This document shows positions 1 to 14,357 of a stretch of 64,000 nucleotides of DNA, one piece after another. Each line of letters begins with the position of its first letter. Within the stretch, counting starts at the first letter, position 1. The stretch is from Octopus vulgaris (Eukaryota). Position numbers and translations under genes: made by a program. The notes under the pieces are model-generated. The model was not told where the DNA came from and made no database searches. It saw only the letters and a program-made list of their open reading frames with translations. Location: positions 5,704,001 to 5,768,000 of the forward strand of contig OX597828.1 of NCBI GenBank assembly GCA_951406725.2, read 5' to 3'.

Positions 1-566
1 CCTACTCGCTTTCTTACTATTAACGCTATTTCAGTTTTACAATTTTCTCTAAGGCCTTTATTGGTTTCTGTTATTTCTTTTAAACCCATCTATTCTCTCA
101 TTTTTATATCTTACTAATTTTCAGACATTTGTTTATAATCCCATTTATTTATTTTTTGCGACACATATGCGTACACATACGGTCACACATACTAGTACAC
201 CTTCAGTGAAAGCGAATATAAGCCAAATGTCTTCAATAGAAGAATCTATTCTGTCTATATCATAATTAAACGCATTGTGATCTATACACGCATACACCAA
301 AATGGCATTTGCGCGCACGCATACACATAACATTCACAAACTAAATCTACCTCTGAAATATTCAACTTTTCATTATGAATTTAAAACTGCTGATATGCAA
401 ACACAATAACCGCTGAAGATACGAATCCAGCCACTATTATCACTATACCTGTCAAACGAGCGAGTTCACTAAACTTACCCACTTTACCGTACAGGTTATC
501 TGAATCGCCATTTGAAATACAGATTTACCAGCAACACACTGGGCATAATCAAAACACACGTACACA

Positions 567-1721
567 CAGTGTGAGACGGATACATTGTCTCCTTTATATA
601 TTTTTACTTTCGCGCATGCGGGTTCCTTGTCTTTGATTTTGTCGACTATAGAGTATAGTAGATCAGTTGGGCACCATGTAGGAGAAAAATAGTACCATGA
701 CGCAATTCATTCTGCCAGAAATTTGGAACCGATGTGCTGTACTTCTTGGTATTCGCACCGGAAATTCCAATACGAATATTTCAGAGTGTTTGGGTGTCAA
801 TCAGAGGATAGTGCATAGGATTCGGAAATAGTTGAATGAGTCTAATGGAGATTACGAAGTTACGGTGGCGCGGAAAACTCACGCTGATCGTTCTGATAAG
901 AAAAGAACTGCTGAATTTGTTGGTGAGTTCCAGACCATGATTGACAACGATCCCTCTAAGTCAATCAGATGCATCTCAAGGGACATGGGAGATTCTGGCT
1001 TTCTGTTCAGGCTGGCAGTGCACGAAGACATTCGGTATTCTTCATATAAGATAAGAAAGGGCCAATTTTTATATCCACTGCCATTAAAGAGAAAAGGAAA
1101 GACTGTGCTATGAAGCTTTTGAACAAACTCAAGCATCCCATACAACCAAACATGCTTTGATTTTTCCCAGATGAGAAAAATTCCTGCCAGGATCAGACGG
1201 TGAACACGCACAACAAACATAGGCTTTCCGTGTCTCCCAAGCATGTAGCGAGAATGATAGAAATCGAACATCAAGTGTCTGGAGGAGGTAGTGCTGCTCT
1301 GGGTCGAGAGGGTGGCTGCTGGAAAACCCTATGGATGGCAACAGGACTCTGCATCCACCAATTCACACAGGCAGGAAACCCAGTCTTGGCTGTCAAGCAA
1401 TTTCTGAGACAAGATCACCCCTAACGTCTGTTCACCTAACGCCGCAGACAGCAGCCTCCTTGATTACTATGTATGGGGCTCATGAGATCAGGAGAAAACC
1501 AAAACTCTTTGTAATACCAAAGATGAACTGAAGGCAACGATCATGGCAGTATTCACCAACTTAAACAAGGAAACCGTCCAGAAGAGTTGCAGGATATTCC
1601 GAAGTGGTTTAGAGGCTGTGGCTGAAGCCAATGGCAATTTTATTGAATAAGTTTACTAAGAGTATTTCAAGGTATTTTAATGTAATGTTGGTAAATACAT
1701 GTTAAAACGAGTTGCACACTG
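567..1721 (+). mobile_element. Degenerate Tc1/mariner-superfamily transposon (maT/DD37D-like)
   Basis: Broken transposase from ATG 697: MTQFILPEIWNRCAVLLGIR...IDNDPSKSIRCISRDMG...HEDIRYSSYKIRKGQFL, then F.DEKN, QQDSA.. (caacaggactctgca) and PNVCSPNAADSSLLDYYVWG (WPPNSPDCNPLDY-type motif). Short inverted termini acagtgtg / cacactgt. Confidence 0.85.
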
Positions 1722-1774
1722 TACACAAATTCAGACACAGCCATTTGCTTGCTCACACACAGGGAAATACATTA

Positions 1775-2215
1775 TTGGTCTCAAATTTCGGTACAAGTCC
1801 AGCAATTGCAGGGGCGGTCTAATTCAGTTACATCAACCCTAGTGTTCAACTGGTACATCTTTTATCGACCATGAAATAATAATGGGCAAATCGACTTCGG
1901 TGGAATTGAAATTCTAAACGTAAACATGGCCGAAGCGCCGCTAAGTATTTTGTCAGTGATGCTAGCGATTCTGCTAGCTCGCCGCCTAAGTATATGTATA
2001 TCTATTTGTTTCATTGGCAAAAAGCCAGCAAGTCTAAGTAAGCGGATAAGTCGAAATACATCAATCCCAATGTTTAATTGGTACATATGGTATCTATACT
2101 GAAAGGACGAAAAGCAAAATCGATCTCGGCAAGTTTGAGCTCAGATCGTATAGGCGAAAGACACGCCGGTAAGCATTTTGCCCAAACGGTGATAATTCTG
2201 CCAACTCGTCGACAA
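1775..2215 (-). mobile_element. Two degenerate tRNA-derived Nin-domain SINE copies
   Basis: Diverged matches to the family at 27236-27450 (minus-strand core gtcgactttgcctttcatcctttcggggtcgataaa...gtaccag). Confidence 0.7.
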
Positions 2216-2539
2216 TGAGTACACTGCATTCCCTCCTTATTCTCTGTCCAACGTTTTGCAGCCCCTAGCTATTTCATTTTTAATGGTGTAAAGTAATTTT
2301 ACCCCAAAATATAACAAATTTGTTACAAATAGGGATTGTCATATTTTGCCCATTAACATCCCATACTATATTCTAAACTTTCCCTTCAGCTTTATTATTA
2401 TTTTCGTTTTTTCGTTTTTTTTTTTGGCATAAGATAAATTTGTTCTGTATTTATCTAAAAGTTATTTGCAGATCAACAATCAAGTTGAAACAGCACTTTT
2501 CTGATGAAACCTAACCGAGCGAGTAATGTATTCTGTCTT

Positions 2540-2720
2540 TTGTCTTTTACTTGTTTCATTCTTTAGACAGCAGCCGTGGGTTTTATTGCAGCTAACCGAT
2601 CCCAGTATTTATCTTATGGGTTTCTTTTTGCTGAAGCGCTTAGTTACAGAGTCGTAAACACAGCGAGACTGGTTATCAAGCGGTTGTGAGTGACAAGCAC
2701 AAATACAAACACGCCCAAAA
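2540..2720 (-). mobile_element. 3' half of the CORE-type tRNA SINE (degenerate)
   Basis: cttttacttgtttca... and tttttgctgaagcgcttagttac match the reverse complement of the tail at 57540-57705. Confidence 0.6.
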
Positions 2721-2734
2721 GGCGCTACTCACAG

Positions 2735-3102
2735 AGCTGACAAACAAGGACAGATAACGGGTTATGTCGATCCAAGTGCGTAACAGGTATTTATTTAATC
2801 GACCCCGGAATGATGAAAGGCAAATTCGACCTCGGCGGAATTTGAACTCAGAACGTAGTGGCAGACAAAATACCTATTTCTTTATTACCCACAAGGGGCT
2901 AAACATAGAAAGGACAAACAAGGACAGAAAGACGGATTATGTCGATTATATCGACCCCAGTGCGTAATTGGTACTTAATTTATCGACCCCGAAAGGATGA
3001 AATGCAAAGTCGACCACGGCGGAATTTGAACTCCGAACGTAACAGCAGACGAAATACCACTAAGCATTTTACACGGCGTGCTAACGTTTCTGCCAGCTCG
3101 CA
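2735..3102 (-). mobile_element. Tandem pair of Nin-domain SINEs
   Basis: Repeated block acaaacaaggacag...ttatgtcgat...tcgaccccg(g/a)aa.gatgaaa.gcaaa.tcgacc.cggcggaatttgaactc.gaacgta at ~2740-2880 and ~2910-3100. Confidence 0.85.
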
Positions 3103-3105
3103 TCT

Positions 3106-3250
3106 TTTAATTTCCGTCTACCAAATCTACTCAAAAGGCTTTGGACGGCCCGATACTATGGTAGAAGACAGATGCCGAAGGTGCTACGCAATGGGATTAA
3201 ACCCATATGTATGTGGTTGGGAAGCAAGTTTCTTACCACAGAAGCACGTC
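3106..3250 (-). mobile_element. 5' half of the CORE-type tRNA SINE
   Basis: tttccgtctaccaaatctactc...tagaagaca is the reverse complement of the head at 57280-57440. Confidence 0.7.
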
Positions 3251-4087
3251 TACGTTTAAAACTCCCATACAATTCCAAATAGTCTTTCTGCCTATGAAAA
3301 TTCGCTCGAGAAATTAATTTAGTTTATTGCAGTTGTAGATCATTTCCCGCGGGGTGTCGGTAATAATTGTTGCAATGCTTTACTTTTCATGCACACGTTC
3401 ACATGTTAATTTCGAAAATAATATGGATTAATTTCATATCGTATTCAGAGCACCATTTTTGAAGCATAATATTCCAAATTCAGGTCATTAACCTCTTTGT
3501 GTTATTTCTCTTACATAGTTTTATAAACAATTCTGCAAATTATCCTTTGAAAAGAACATACGAAATACTTCATGCTATGTTATTAAACTGTACTCAACTG
3601 AAGTTGTCACCTTAACAATTAATGTCAGATTCTCCCGTCCCTTGTATGTAAATTATACCCATATCTACTTATATACATATATCTATACACACACGCATGC
3701 ATACATACACAAACACACACACACACAGTATTCATTTGTCAAATAAAAGAAGCGTTTGTGTTCTAAATACCATCGACGTACTAAATATACGTGTTTCGCT
3801 TCGAAGTCGGTTCGCAGCGGAAGTGTGCTACTGGGGCAACTCTCTCATATCATTGGCTGTTAAAATGCCTGCAAGTCATAGGCAGGCGAGGTAACTCGCC
3901 ACCAGTCACATCCAGTAGCGATAACATTTCACCATTTTTGTGATTTATGAGCCTGAATTGTGTGGGATGTGCGGTCGATATCATTTACAACGCTAGCACT
4001 GCTTTTAATTCGTAATTAAATTTAATCTTACGTATGCACCGCAGCGATACGGTGAAGAAGTAAAACAATCGTTATGTGCAGTCGATA

Positions 4088-4126
<39 letters not shown>

Positions 4127-4714
4127 CGTGCATGCGTGCGTGTGCGTGATTTTGCATTTATGTGTGTATCAATACGCTGCATTCTATATTCATAGCCATC
4201 TTCATTCTCATTCATCTTGTCATTCTTTACTCATTATTCCACATTACATTCGAAATTGTAGCAAGTTACTAGCTGTCATATTTGCATTGTATTATAGGGA
4301 AAAACATATTCTTTGCTATTGATATATGCCGTTTATATGTATTATATGTATTAACTACATTAATCTATAAGGAATTATACATCATATCATACGTATTGTA
4401 TTATTTTATTTCGTATCATGTAATAATGATTTGTAGTGCATTATCTTGTACTGCAGTGTATTATTTTACCTCAATTTATATTACACTTGCGCAAACATTT
4501 TGTTACCTTAATAATCGTTCGTGCACACTGACAAAACATTTCTACAATTCATTAGATTTATCAAATAACCACACCGTTCTGCATTTACCTATCAACACAA
4601 TTATTTTATGAATAGCTAGTTTATCGACACTACATTACTATTCATAATATATAAAACCGCGCATCCTATTATCCAAAATCACCAATGTTTTGTTTGCTCT
4701 CATTTTTTTTGTTA

Positions 4715-4920
4715 AGGCATTGAGCTAGGAGAGTCGTTAATATGACGAGCAAGATGCTTAGAGTCATTTCGACCCTCTATGTGATTTGAGTTCAAATTCT
4801 ACCTTGGTTGATTTTGAATTTCATCCTTCCGGGGTCGGCAAAATAAGTGGCAGTTGAATACCGGGTTCAATGTAATCGACTATACATTCTCCTAAACTTA
4901 CAGGCATTGTGCCAAAATTA
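4715..4920 (+). mobile_element. Degenerate Nin-domain SINE
   Basis: gagttcaaattc B-box followed by tttcatccttccggggtcggcaaaataagt. Confidence 0.7.
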
Positions 4921-5049
4921 TTGATTATCGTTATTCCTGTATATTAACAGTATCCGCATGAAGTAAGCGGAAACTGAATATAGAAAATAGAAAAAATACC
5001 ATATAATTTCTTAACGGTTACACTTCGCTTAACATATATATAATAAAGG

Positions 5050-5270
5050 ACAAAGGGTCCTTCGTGAGTCAGATTTGTTGGACCAGTTTCCTGGTTACAG
5101 TGACATATATACTCCCCACCCCGGTTTGTCGCAGGTTTACTCATTTTTGCCAGATGAGCGCAGTCAAGCAACGTGAAATAAAGTGTTTTGCTCGGGAACA
5201 CAACGCATTGCCTGACCCAAGAATCGAAACCACGATCCTCAGTCCAACACCTTAAACACTAAACCACTTA
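5050..5270 (-). mobile_element. Degenerate tRNA-derived SINE
   Basis: Minus-strand A-box-like gtggtttagtg and B-box-like ggtttcgattc. Shares gcaacgtgaaataaagtgttttgctc with 61075-61110. Confidence 0.65.
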
Positions 5271-5598
5271 CCAAAGCAAAGTTATTGCATAATTTCTAGT
5301 GATTAGTCTGTATTGCTCAGGCGCAGATACTTTAACGACATAAATTCCTTTGAATCATAACGGCCATAGATTCACCTATCCCACTGCGTAATAATTTAAT
5401 GACGTTCCCTGTAACATATTTTAGTCGTGCTTATGTTTGTTGATATCCATATAATGTACGTCTTTCATTACACATAGTTCTTTTTTCAACTTGACTGCCA
5501 GTGTATCTCACGATGTTTTATTAACGTCACTAATTCTGAAAAACAAATTTATATGTTTGTGTGTGTACACCTATCTATTCATCTGCCCATATGTGTGC

Positions 5599-5644
<46 letters not shown>

Positions 5645-8143
5645 GCGCGTGTGTGTGTTTGTATACAGAAACATTATTTAACGCGTCTCCTTCAGAAACA
5701 TGTCCTGAAAACTAAATGGTTTGTATAAGTAAAACATACTTATCTATAATGCATAATAAACCATTTACATCAGCATTAATATAGTAAATGTAGTTTCTGT
5801 AATAAACCAATTTATTGTTTAGTCGATGAGGTCCCTCTTCAAACTCAAGATACGTTCCACGAGTGATGTTCCGTTTATTTCAGTGCTGCTACGGAATGAA
5901 AGAAGGCATATCTTGTGCTTATCTTGTTTTATGATTGACGCTATGAAACTGTGGGTAATTCTATACTGTATAATTTCTATAACGGGAAGAGATTATCTTT
6001 GGGAATTATTGGGGTAAGTGGTGGATTGTTCCGTTTGCATTCAGCTGGATCGTGTGTATCTTTCTAATGCGTTTCTTTTTCCGTTTGTTTTTTATGACTC
6101 TGTTTACCTGTGCTGGCAAGCAAATTTACCTTAATAGTGTTCTTATGATAACTGTAAAAGAAATACATATTACTGTGATCAAACGATGGGCCTGCCAAAC
6201 GATCAATCAAATAGCAAAAGTAGAGACCAATTTTCCCTTAAAGCATCAGGTTTCGTGACAGAAAAAGGAAATCTGGGTTTTGTAGTATTTGATGTGCAAT
6301 ATCTGATTAACACAAACCCATGGTGGGAACAGGTGGAACAAGTTTGATTGCAGGTTACCTTAATGAAAATTACCAATGAAAATAATAAATGTTTCGTGAT
6401 CGATCTTAATAAATTTTGTATTCTGTTTGATATTATGTTTGTGATATCATGGAGAATACACCAAATATTTTATTTCATGAATATGAGACGTTAGTAAGGT
6501 GTATGTATCACTATGTAGTGTGAGAAATAGATGGATCCTCGTTGATTTCAATGAGGAGCATTCGATGATTCGATCAACGAAATTTCCTTCTCCTTAAATT
6601 GATGATAACAGATTGGTTCAAGATTTAATTTTTGCCACTATCATGAACTCAGTTCTCAATCTGAACACCTTAGTGCATTAAATGAGAAGGACTGTCTGTT
6701 GAATTTACTGGTAAAATATTTACAACGAGCGTCCAGACACATTTGTTTCTCCAAATTAGAATGTTTGCAGCGACCCGAGTCCAGTGTAAAAGGCATTCCT
6801 CTGCAATAGCGCGCAGTGAGATAGTACCTACGAATAAATCTTCTGAAGCACTCAGGTATTCTTTTTATATAAAACTGAGTGCAATTTATTATTTTTTTAC
6901 AGACTGATGGACCATAGCATTGTAAGAGAATCACGTGAAATCGTCCAATGTTATCCGTTTAAAAAACTCCTCTACTTTTGCTTGTATACAGCAGCTTCCC
7001 ATTAATTTCTCACGGTGATAATAAGCTATAATATCGTTATTATTTTCATTGGTTTCGGCTCATCCAAATTAATGCTATATAAGAATACACAAGAGGAATT
7101 ATCATTTAGATCTTCGTAGAGTTGACAATGTTTAAGGGACCTAATCAAGAAGCATTCTCCACGAGGAAACTATTAGAGGAATTAGTGTATATCGGGTGCA
7201 TAAAAGACGAAAACAAATTAAACTTAAATTAATAATTTAAGATTAATAATTAGATTAGGAAAATATTTTCTTAGTCGATGCATAATAGATTTTCAGCTGG
7301 TTCGATATTCTTCTGAGTACATCAGGAAAGCATAGATAAAACTATAGAAGAATGTGTACGGATGAAAGAATTCGACAGTGAGAAACCAAATCTAGTAACT
7401 GAAATTAATATTAAATCTTCACTAATGCTATTTTTTATTCTGTGCTGATTATTATTTCTAGTTTGATTTCTTCTCTAGGGTATGCATTAAAGGTTACCTG
7501 TTGTTCGTTACGTAGAGCACATAGCAACAATTCGTCTCTCTTAACAAATAAAATAAATTTGCAAAGACAGATGAAATGCCGCTAAGCATTTTGCCCGATA
7601 TACTAACGATTCTTCCAGCTGGCTCCTGTGGCTACTTTTATATTGCATACCATTTTGTCCTCAACTGAACGTTTGAGAAATATATCGATACATAATATGT
7701 CAGTTTTTAAATTATAAAATATTGATAAGTTCTACTAAAACCTTACATATAATACCTTGTTGCCGTTTTCACTCAGATACCTATTGGCAAGTAATGGCAA
7801 GTATTTATTGACCTTTTTCTTTCCTTTAAAAATTGGCACGAACTTTCCGGACTACCCGATATATTTTATATAAAGCTTAAACCTTATTAAATGCTATACT
7901 TTTATGCTGTTATTTATTTCAACTTCCTTTTTCATAAATGTATAATAATTTAAAGAATTCTTCAAATGCCCTTTCGTACTTCTTTAGTTTTTGAAATTTG
8001 ATTTTCCATCAAGATGGAAATATGCATTTGGGAATCGATCCATACACTGCATACGCAGGCACGCGTATGTGAGTGGGTGGGTGTTTCTGGGCGCCATTTA
8101 CAGAAACTGGGAGAGAACCGCTAAAAGGATTGGTTTTCTATTA

Positions 8144-8201
<58 letters not shown>

Positions 8202-9741
8202 TTATGTGTGTGTCTGCATTTGCGAAATTTATCTCAAAATGTTTTTCGCTGCACACGTATAGATCTAACAGAAACAATTTAGGAAATGGATTTGATTAAT
8301 CGACAAATTTAGTCAGTTCTATTAATGTATGAATTTTAAATTCTTATTGGGAAATGAAGGTAAATTCGTAAATTAATTTCTTAATTTTGTCTTTGATTAA
8401 ATCTCGATTTTAACAATATTTTAGGTAATATTTTGTTTTAGTTAATTTTGTCATTTATTTTGCGATAAATGTTAGACACTATTAGAATTTCATGAATATG
8501 ATAAATATAGAACTGGATTCGTCTCTCATGAATATATGATTAATTGTTTTAGTACTTGGACTTGTTTGCATGAAGAGGCTTATGAACAAAAAAACATCCA
8601 GAGAGTGAAATATAAAAAATTTAAGAACCTGAGCTATACTTCGAAAGACATATATCTTTTCTGTTTCCCAGTAAGAATGACTACGTAAAAACATTTTTTA
8701 ACCTGTAGTATCTTATTTCTGTTCGGTCCCATAGGTTTTCTTTTGGCTGGGAGTAAAATACAACTGACATACAAAACCTTCAACCGTAGTCTTCGGTCGA
8801 AATCGGTTTAGTCAAAACGTTGATTATTGAAATATATAGTCAAATGCAAATTATAAAAGTTCCAAATAAGTTAAATACAAAAACAAAATTAAAAACAGCA
8901 ATTTAATGTCTTGTAACATCACACTAATGGCATATTTCAAGATATTAATTTCAGAATTGAATTCGTGACATTCAAATGAATTTTACTTAATAATGGAAAA
9001 TCATTGATGTATTAATCTGACATGACTGTCAGAAAAAAGTACCGCGATATCGTAGTTATAACTGTCACATCCTTATCGTAAGATGGATTTAGAATTCGAA
9101 TCTACAGTCTGTAATGTCATTTTCTCTCATCAAATATTATGGATATATTAATCTAAACTTTAATCAATATAGAAAACGATATGGAATTCTCATGTTTTAA
9201 TCATTGACTATTTTACTTTTCTGAAAGCAATTACAATTGAAAAAAAAATAAATAAAAATAACCATTAAACCAAAAATAAAGTACTTTATTCATGTAAGGA
9301 ATGTATTTATATCAACAATGTGATAGCAAATATATCAGAGTCCTTTGATCATGAAACGCTTTGTAAATGGCTATGAATAAGAGGTAGGTGTGTTGGAAAT
9401 ATTTGCATCTCCTCTTTCATGTTCTACTATATAATACCATCGTGTAGATTTGAGTCTCGATCTATCTGTTGTGATATGAAATAAAATGCTACATTTCAAA
9501 TCTCTTGGGTCGGTATTAATACACAAGACAGGCAATTATGAATAGTTCAGTTGATTTCACTGTACCGACGAAAAACAATAGTTTTACAAATGAAAACTGA
9601 ATCAATATTAAGTGGCTAAATGGAAAAATATGAAATTTAAATAAAAAAAATGAGTGTAAAATGGAGGAAAACGCTGTCTTTCTGGAAATACGTCATGAAA
9701 TAATGTTGATGAAAATATTTACTGTACAAAATTGTCACTAG

Positions 9742-9798
<57 letters not shown>

Positions 9799-11700
9799 TT
9801 GGTAAATCGCAAAGAGAATTTAGCTATTATGATCGTCAATTTATGATCAAAAGAGTCCAACAGCGGCAATTCTTCCCCAGTCCGTGTTCAGCATATGCAG
9901 GACGAAAATATCCTAATTCTCATTTTCTAGGACGGCGACACACGATGAGAAGACTATTTCAAAACTAGTTTTAGCTAATCAAGTGATCACATAAACAAGC
10001 TATTTTGTTCGATCATATGTATAACATATTGCCATCGCCGCCTTTTTAGTCTTACCTCTTTTTAATGAGATATGAATTGATACCAGTTAGGTAATCAAGA
10101 AAAAAATCCGACATGTGCACATTTTCTTAAGTAGCAAACTGGATTCCATAAATGAATGCTATATTTCTGTTACAATGTTAACTGACAAAGAAATCACAGT
10201 TATTATTTTTTTATGAGCTGCGATCTCTGAAAAAGTTTTCTTGTCATTATGTATATTATAACGATGATAAACAAAGAAATGGAGCAAAACAGTAGATCAA
10301 TGGTAATATATAATTTTAAAACCACATCTGATTGTTGGGAGGAAAGCAATTGTCAATACAACACGAACATCATTGTTAAAGCAATAAAACTGTTATTACA
10401 ATATTATAATATTTTTTTCATTGATTCTGTAATTGACTTATAGCGGCCTACTGTGATATAACACCGATAACCATAAAATTCTCTAATTTACTTACCAAAC
10501 TTTCGGATTTCATCATATTTCCATAGAATAAGAATAAATGTTACGAAAACGTAGTTGTTGTCGTTTATATTAGTAAATTTTAACTAACAACGCAAATATA
10601 CCGATTTATTGGAAGCAAACATAATCTAAAAATAAATTTCAATAATATTATTTGACATCAAACAAATTACATTTTTATTGCAACCACTAAAATCGCAGAC
10701 AAGACTCCCCATAAGCTTAGAATAACATATAATTCATTTACTGCATGGGTTATTTTTCAAAGGAAAATATTTAATAGAATCATAATGACTAATACAAAGT
10801 TAAGAGAAAAGAAATGAATGGACATGACATTTGTATATTGCACTTCAAGTACAACTACGGTGTTTAGAATTTGTTTATATATGCAATTGAAACACAGTCA
10901 AATACATTAGATTGTGTCAAACAAAAAAAGAATTTCCATTACAAACAGGTGTGAAATATGACATTATTCTTCATGTCTTCGATTGACTTTATGTTTGCTG
11001 CAACATATTGTCAGATATCAACCTAAACAAGAGCATAATTATTAAGTTTTACAATGAATATCAACTAGCCAAAACCTTATTTTCACGTCTTTCGTTTATT
11101 ATCACATTCTGAATATTAGGTTGAGTATACTGCGACAGAATGGCAATACGCCATAAGAACAGGAACTTGTTTGATCGAGAAAATATATTCTTCTTGTAAT
11201 GTAATTGTATAATCTAAATGTAACTTTGATGCTTGGCACAAATAAATATATTGCAACAATATGGAGCACAGTGAATAAGATTTACTGCCAGATGTCTTCA
11301 CCAACATCTTCAAGTCTGCAGTTTATTTTAAAATAATACAGCAGCAATTTTAGTAATAACATTCACAGTAATTGTGTAAAAGGCTGAGGGATAACAGAAC
11401 AGAAGAAAACGAAAGAAATGATTTAACATGTCTTTATTCCAGAATATGTGACTGAGATGTATAAAGAGACATGAAGTTATGATACAATTAGTTGTGCATT
11501 AAGAGTCAAACAGGCAATATTAAAAACCTCAATAAATATTGTTGAATGTACACAATGACTTAGCTGTGTTTATATAATAACACTTAGACTGATTAGACTG
11601 ATGAGATTTTCAACAGATTCCAGAAAAGCTCTCTTCTAGAACGAAATATCGTAAATTTATCGCTAATTATATCAAACTGTCGATGCATAAGTGAGTGATA

Positions 11701-11786
11701 TAAGAGTACGTAAAGATAAATATCACCATTGCATCTCTGTTTTTAAACAGAGATGCAATGGTGATATTTATCTTTAGGTACTCTTA
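11701..11786. repeat. Near-perfect 86-bp palindrome
   Basis: taagagtacgtaaagataaatatcaccattgcatctctgttt / aaacagagatgcaatggtgatatttatctttaggtactctta. Confidence 0.95.
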
Positions 11787-12429
11787 AATGTTAGTTAATG
11801 CCGTAGTAGATAAATAAATATTTTGTACGAAAATGCAACGCCATTTGTCTATGAATTCACTCCATGTCTTCAAATTTACAAACTATTTCTTCTCCAACAA
11901 AATTTAGGTAGTATTTGTATGTACGAAATTAGTGATGAAAAAAACCTTAGAGTTTTACATATTACATATATTTATTAAAATAGAAGTAATTATGTTCTTT
12001 CATTAACGGTGAGAACCATTATGAAGTAATTGCTGATTTAATTTATTTATCTTTTTTTAATGTAAAAATGTTAACATGAACGAATATATTAGGTAAACAA
12101 TTCTCTTTATGCTGATTACTTCAGATTTCGTAATTGAGATAATTACAGGAAGCAGGAATATTTCATTGAATTGCGTATAGTAGAGGGCTTGCTCGTAAAA
12201 TATTAGGCAGTGAAAGATTAACATTAACATACAAAGCATTCAGATATTTTGATACCGTGAATATTTCTAATACGTTCCAAAGAGATTCCATTACGTCGAT
12301 CAACCTTAACCCGAATTTAAAACTGCCATGGGGCACATTTGGCATTATGAAAGTGTGAGTGAAAGAAAAATATAACAACTTGTTTTTTTTTGTTGTTTTT
12401 TTTGTAAACGCATACTCTGTTTACGTGCA

Positions 12430-12680
12430 TATATTTGGATAAAAAACCGAGTATCTCTAGAGGCCCAGAAAGACACGAAGTTATTCTTGAATAAACTCTG
12501 AAAGAAAAAGGAGTTTAACAACAATATGGGATGGCTACTCGAAAGAGATGTTGCAGTACATCAAAGAAATAAAGTTTCAATGGTGAGAGTAAGATCAAAA
12601 CCCTCCAGGAAGCGAAAGAACTAGGACAAAATCTTGTACGTAACTGGAGTCTCACATGAACGTTTATGCGCAAGACATAA
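12430..12680 (+). mobile_element. RTE-like LINE C-terminal relic
   Basis: KTLQEAKELGQNLVRNWSL resembles the RTE terminal motif (A.dR..WR). Heavily decayed. Confidence 0.35.
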
Positions 12681-13288
12681 ATGGAGTTTAAAAATACCAA
12701 ATTTGTTTCTGTTTGTAGATACGATAAACGAATTCACATGGCAAAAACTGAAGGCCAATTGCATATTAAAATTTCCCTCTTTTTATCACTTCACTATGTC
12801 CGTCTTTTTCCCACCCACGTTATTTCTTCTGTCTCTCTGTCTCTAACTCTCTCTTTTCTCTCCCCACGTGACCGGTGTTCGGCCAAGCCTGACCTTTGTT
12901 TCTTGGTTCAGCCGCTGTCCGTGCAACATCTATATTCATCCCTGTGCCTGTGAAATCTTGTATCCCTGCCTTAAGGCTTTACTTCCTCACACACCAGACT
13001 AATTTAATTCGTCCTTAGACAAAATACACTTCTTGTTATGTCCTGTTATTTGTATTTGTGTAACATTCTCCGTTTTTGTCCGTCCTTGTTTTCGTATACA
13101 TTCGCTGCTTTCTACCAAGGAATTTAATGCTCTTAGCTTAGTTTTTCCTTGGGGCTGGCCAGATTGGAGTAAACAAAACTCCGAATGACCAGTCCTTGTT
13201 TTCTTTGTAAGGTCTATCTGGATGTTTTGCGCTCTTGTCCTATGAGCAGGAGGTGAACAGTTACAGTGCGGAATCGAAAAATATATTT

Positions 13289-13420
13289 GCCAACTAAATG
13301 TGGAGGACCCATAGAGGACGATGTTACTGTTGTTTTTAGCACCAGGAAGACATCTTCTCCAGTTGGCTAACGACACATCAGTAACATCGTCCTCTATAGA
13401 ACCGCCATATTTAGTTGGCA
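13289..13420. repeat. Fold-back at the end of an interspersed repeat, next to (TA)n
   Basis: Inverted arms tgccaactaaatgtgg...atagaggacgatgttactg / cagtaacatcgtcctctat...ccatatttagttggca. Confidence 0.85.
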
Positions 13421-13460
13421 TGCATATGATATATATATATATATATACATATGCATATAC

Positions 13461-13542
<82 letters not shown>

Positions 13543-13943
13543 GCATATACATATCGTTACTCTTATATTTAACTGTCATATGTCCAAATTTGGCCAAATG
13601 CATTTTTCCAATGTATAATTTTGGTTGCAATAGCCGTTTCTTTTGGAAAAAATAACGTATCTCTAATTGGTACAGATGCCAAGATATAAAAATTTTCCAA
13701 GTGTTGTACAACAGTTTGGTAGTTTTCAAAAGTGTAGTAAGTTCCACATACGACGGTTTTACAAATATATTTATGGCTGAAAATATCATAAAGGCATGGA
13801 GTTACGATTTTATGCACCCGACTAAGTATTATTGTTAAGCTGAAACTGTTGCTAAAATACAAACAAATGGAATGGTAAAACTACTTTTTGCCGTCCTGAA
13901 AATGCAACATTTTCGCTTACGGCACATTTGCATAACAGCAACG

Positions 13944-14258
<315 letters not shown>

Positions 14259-14301
14259 TATCGCCCCACCACCGTACATATCTCTATGAGATATTTAGAA
14301 A

Positions 14302-14357
<56 letters not shown>

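Noticed and set aside
4930-4990. Hairpin with cgc-loop-gcg-GAAAC as a hammerhead
   Set aside because: No CUGANGA core in the right position; too degenerate to call.
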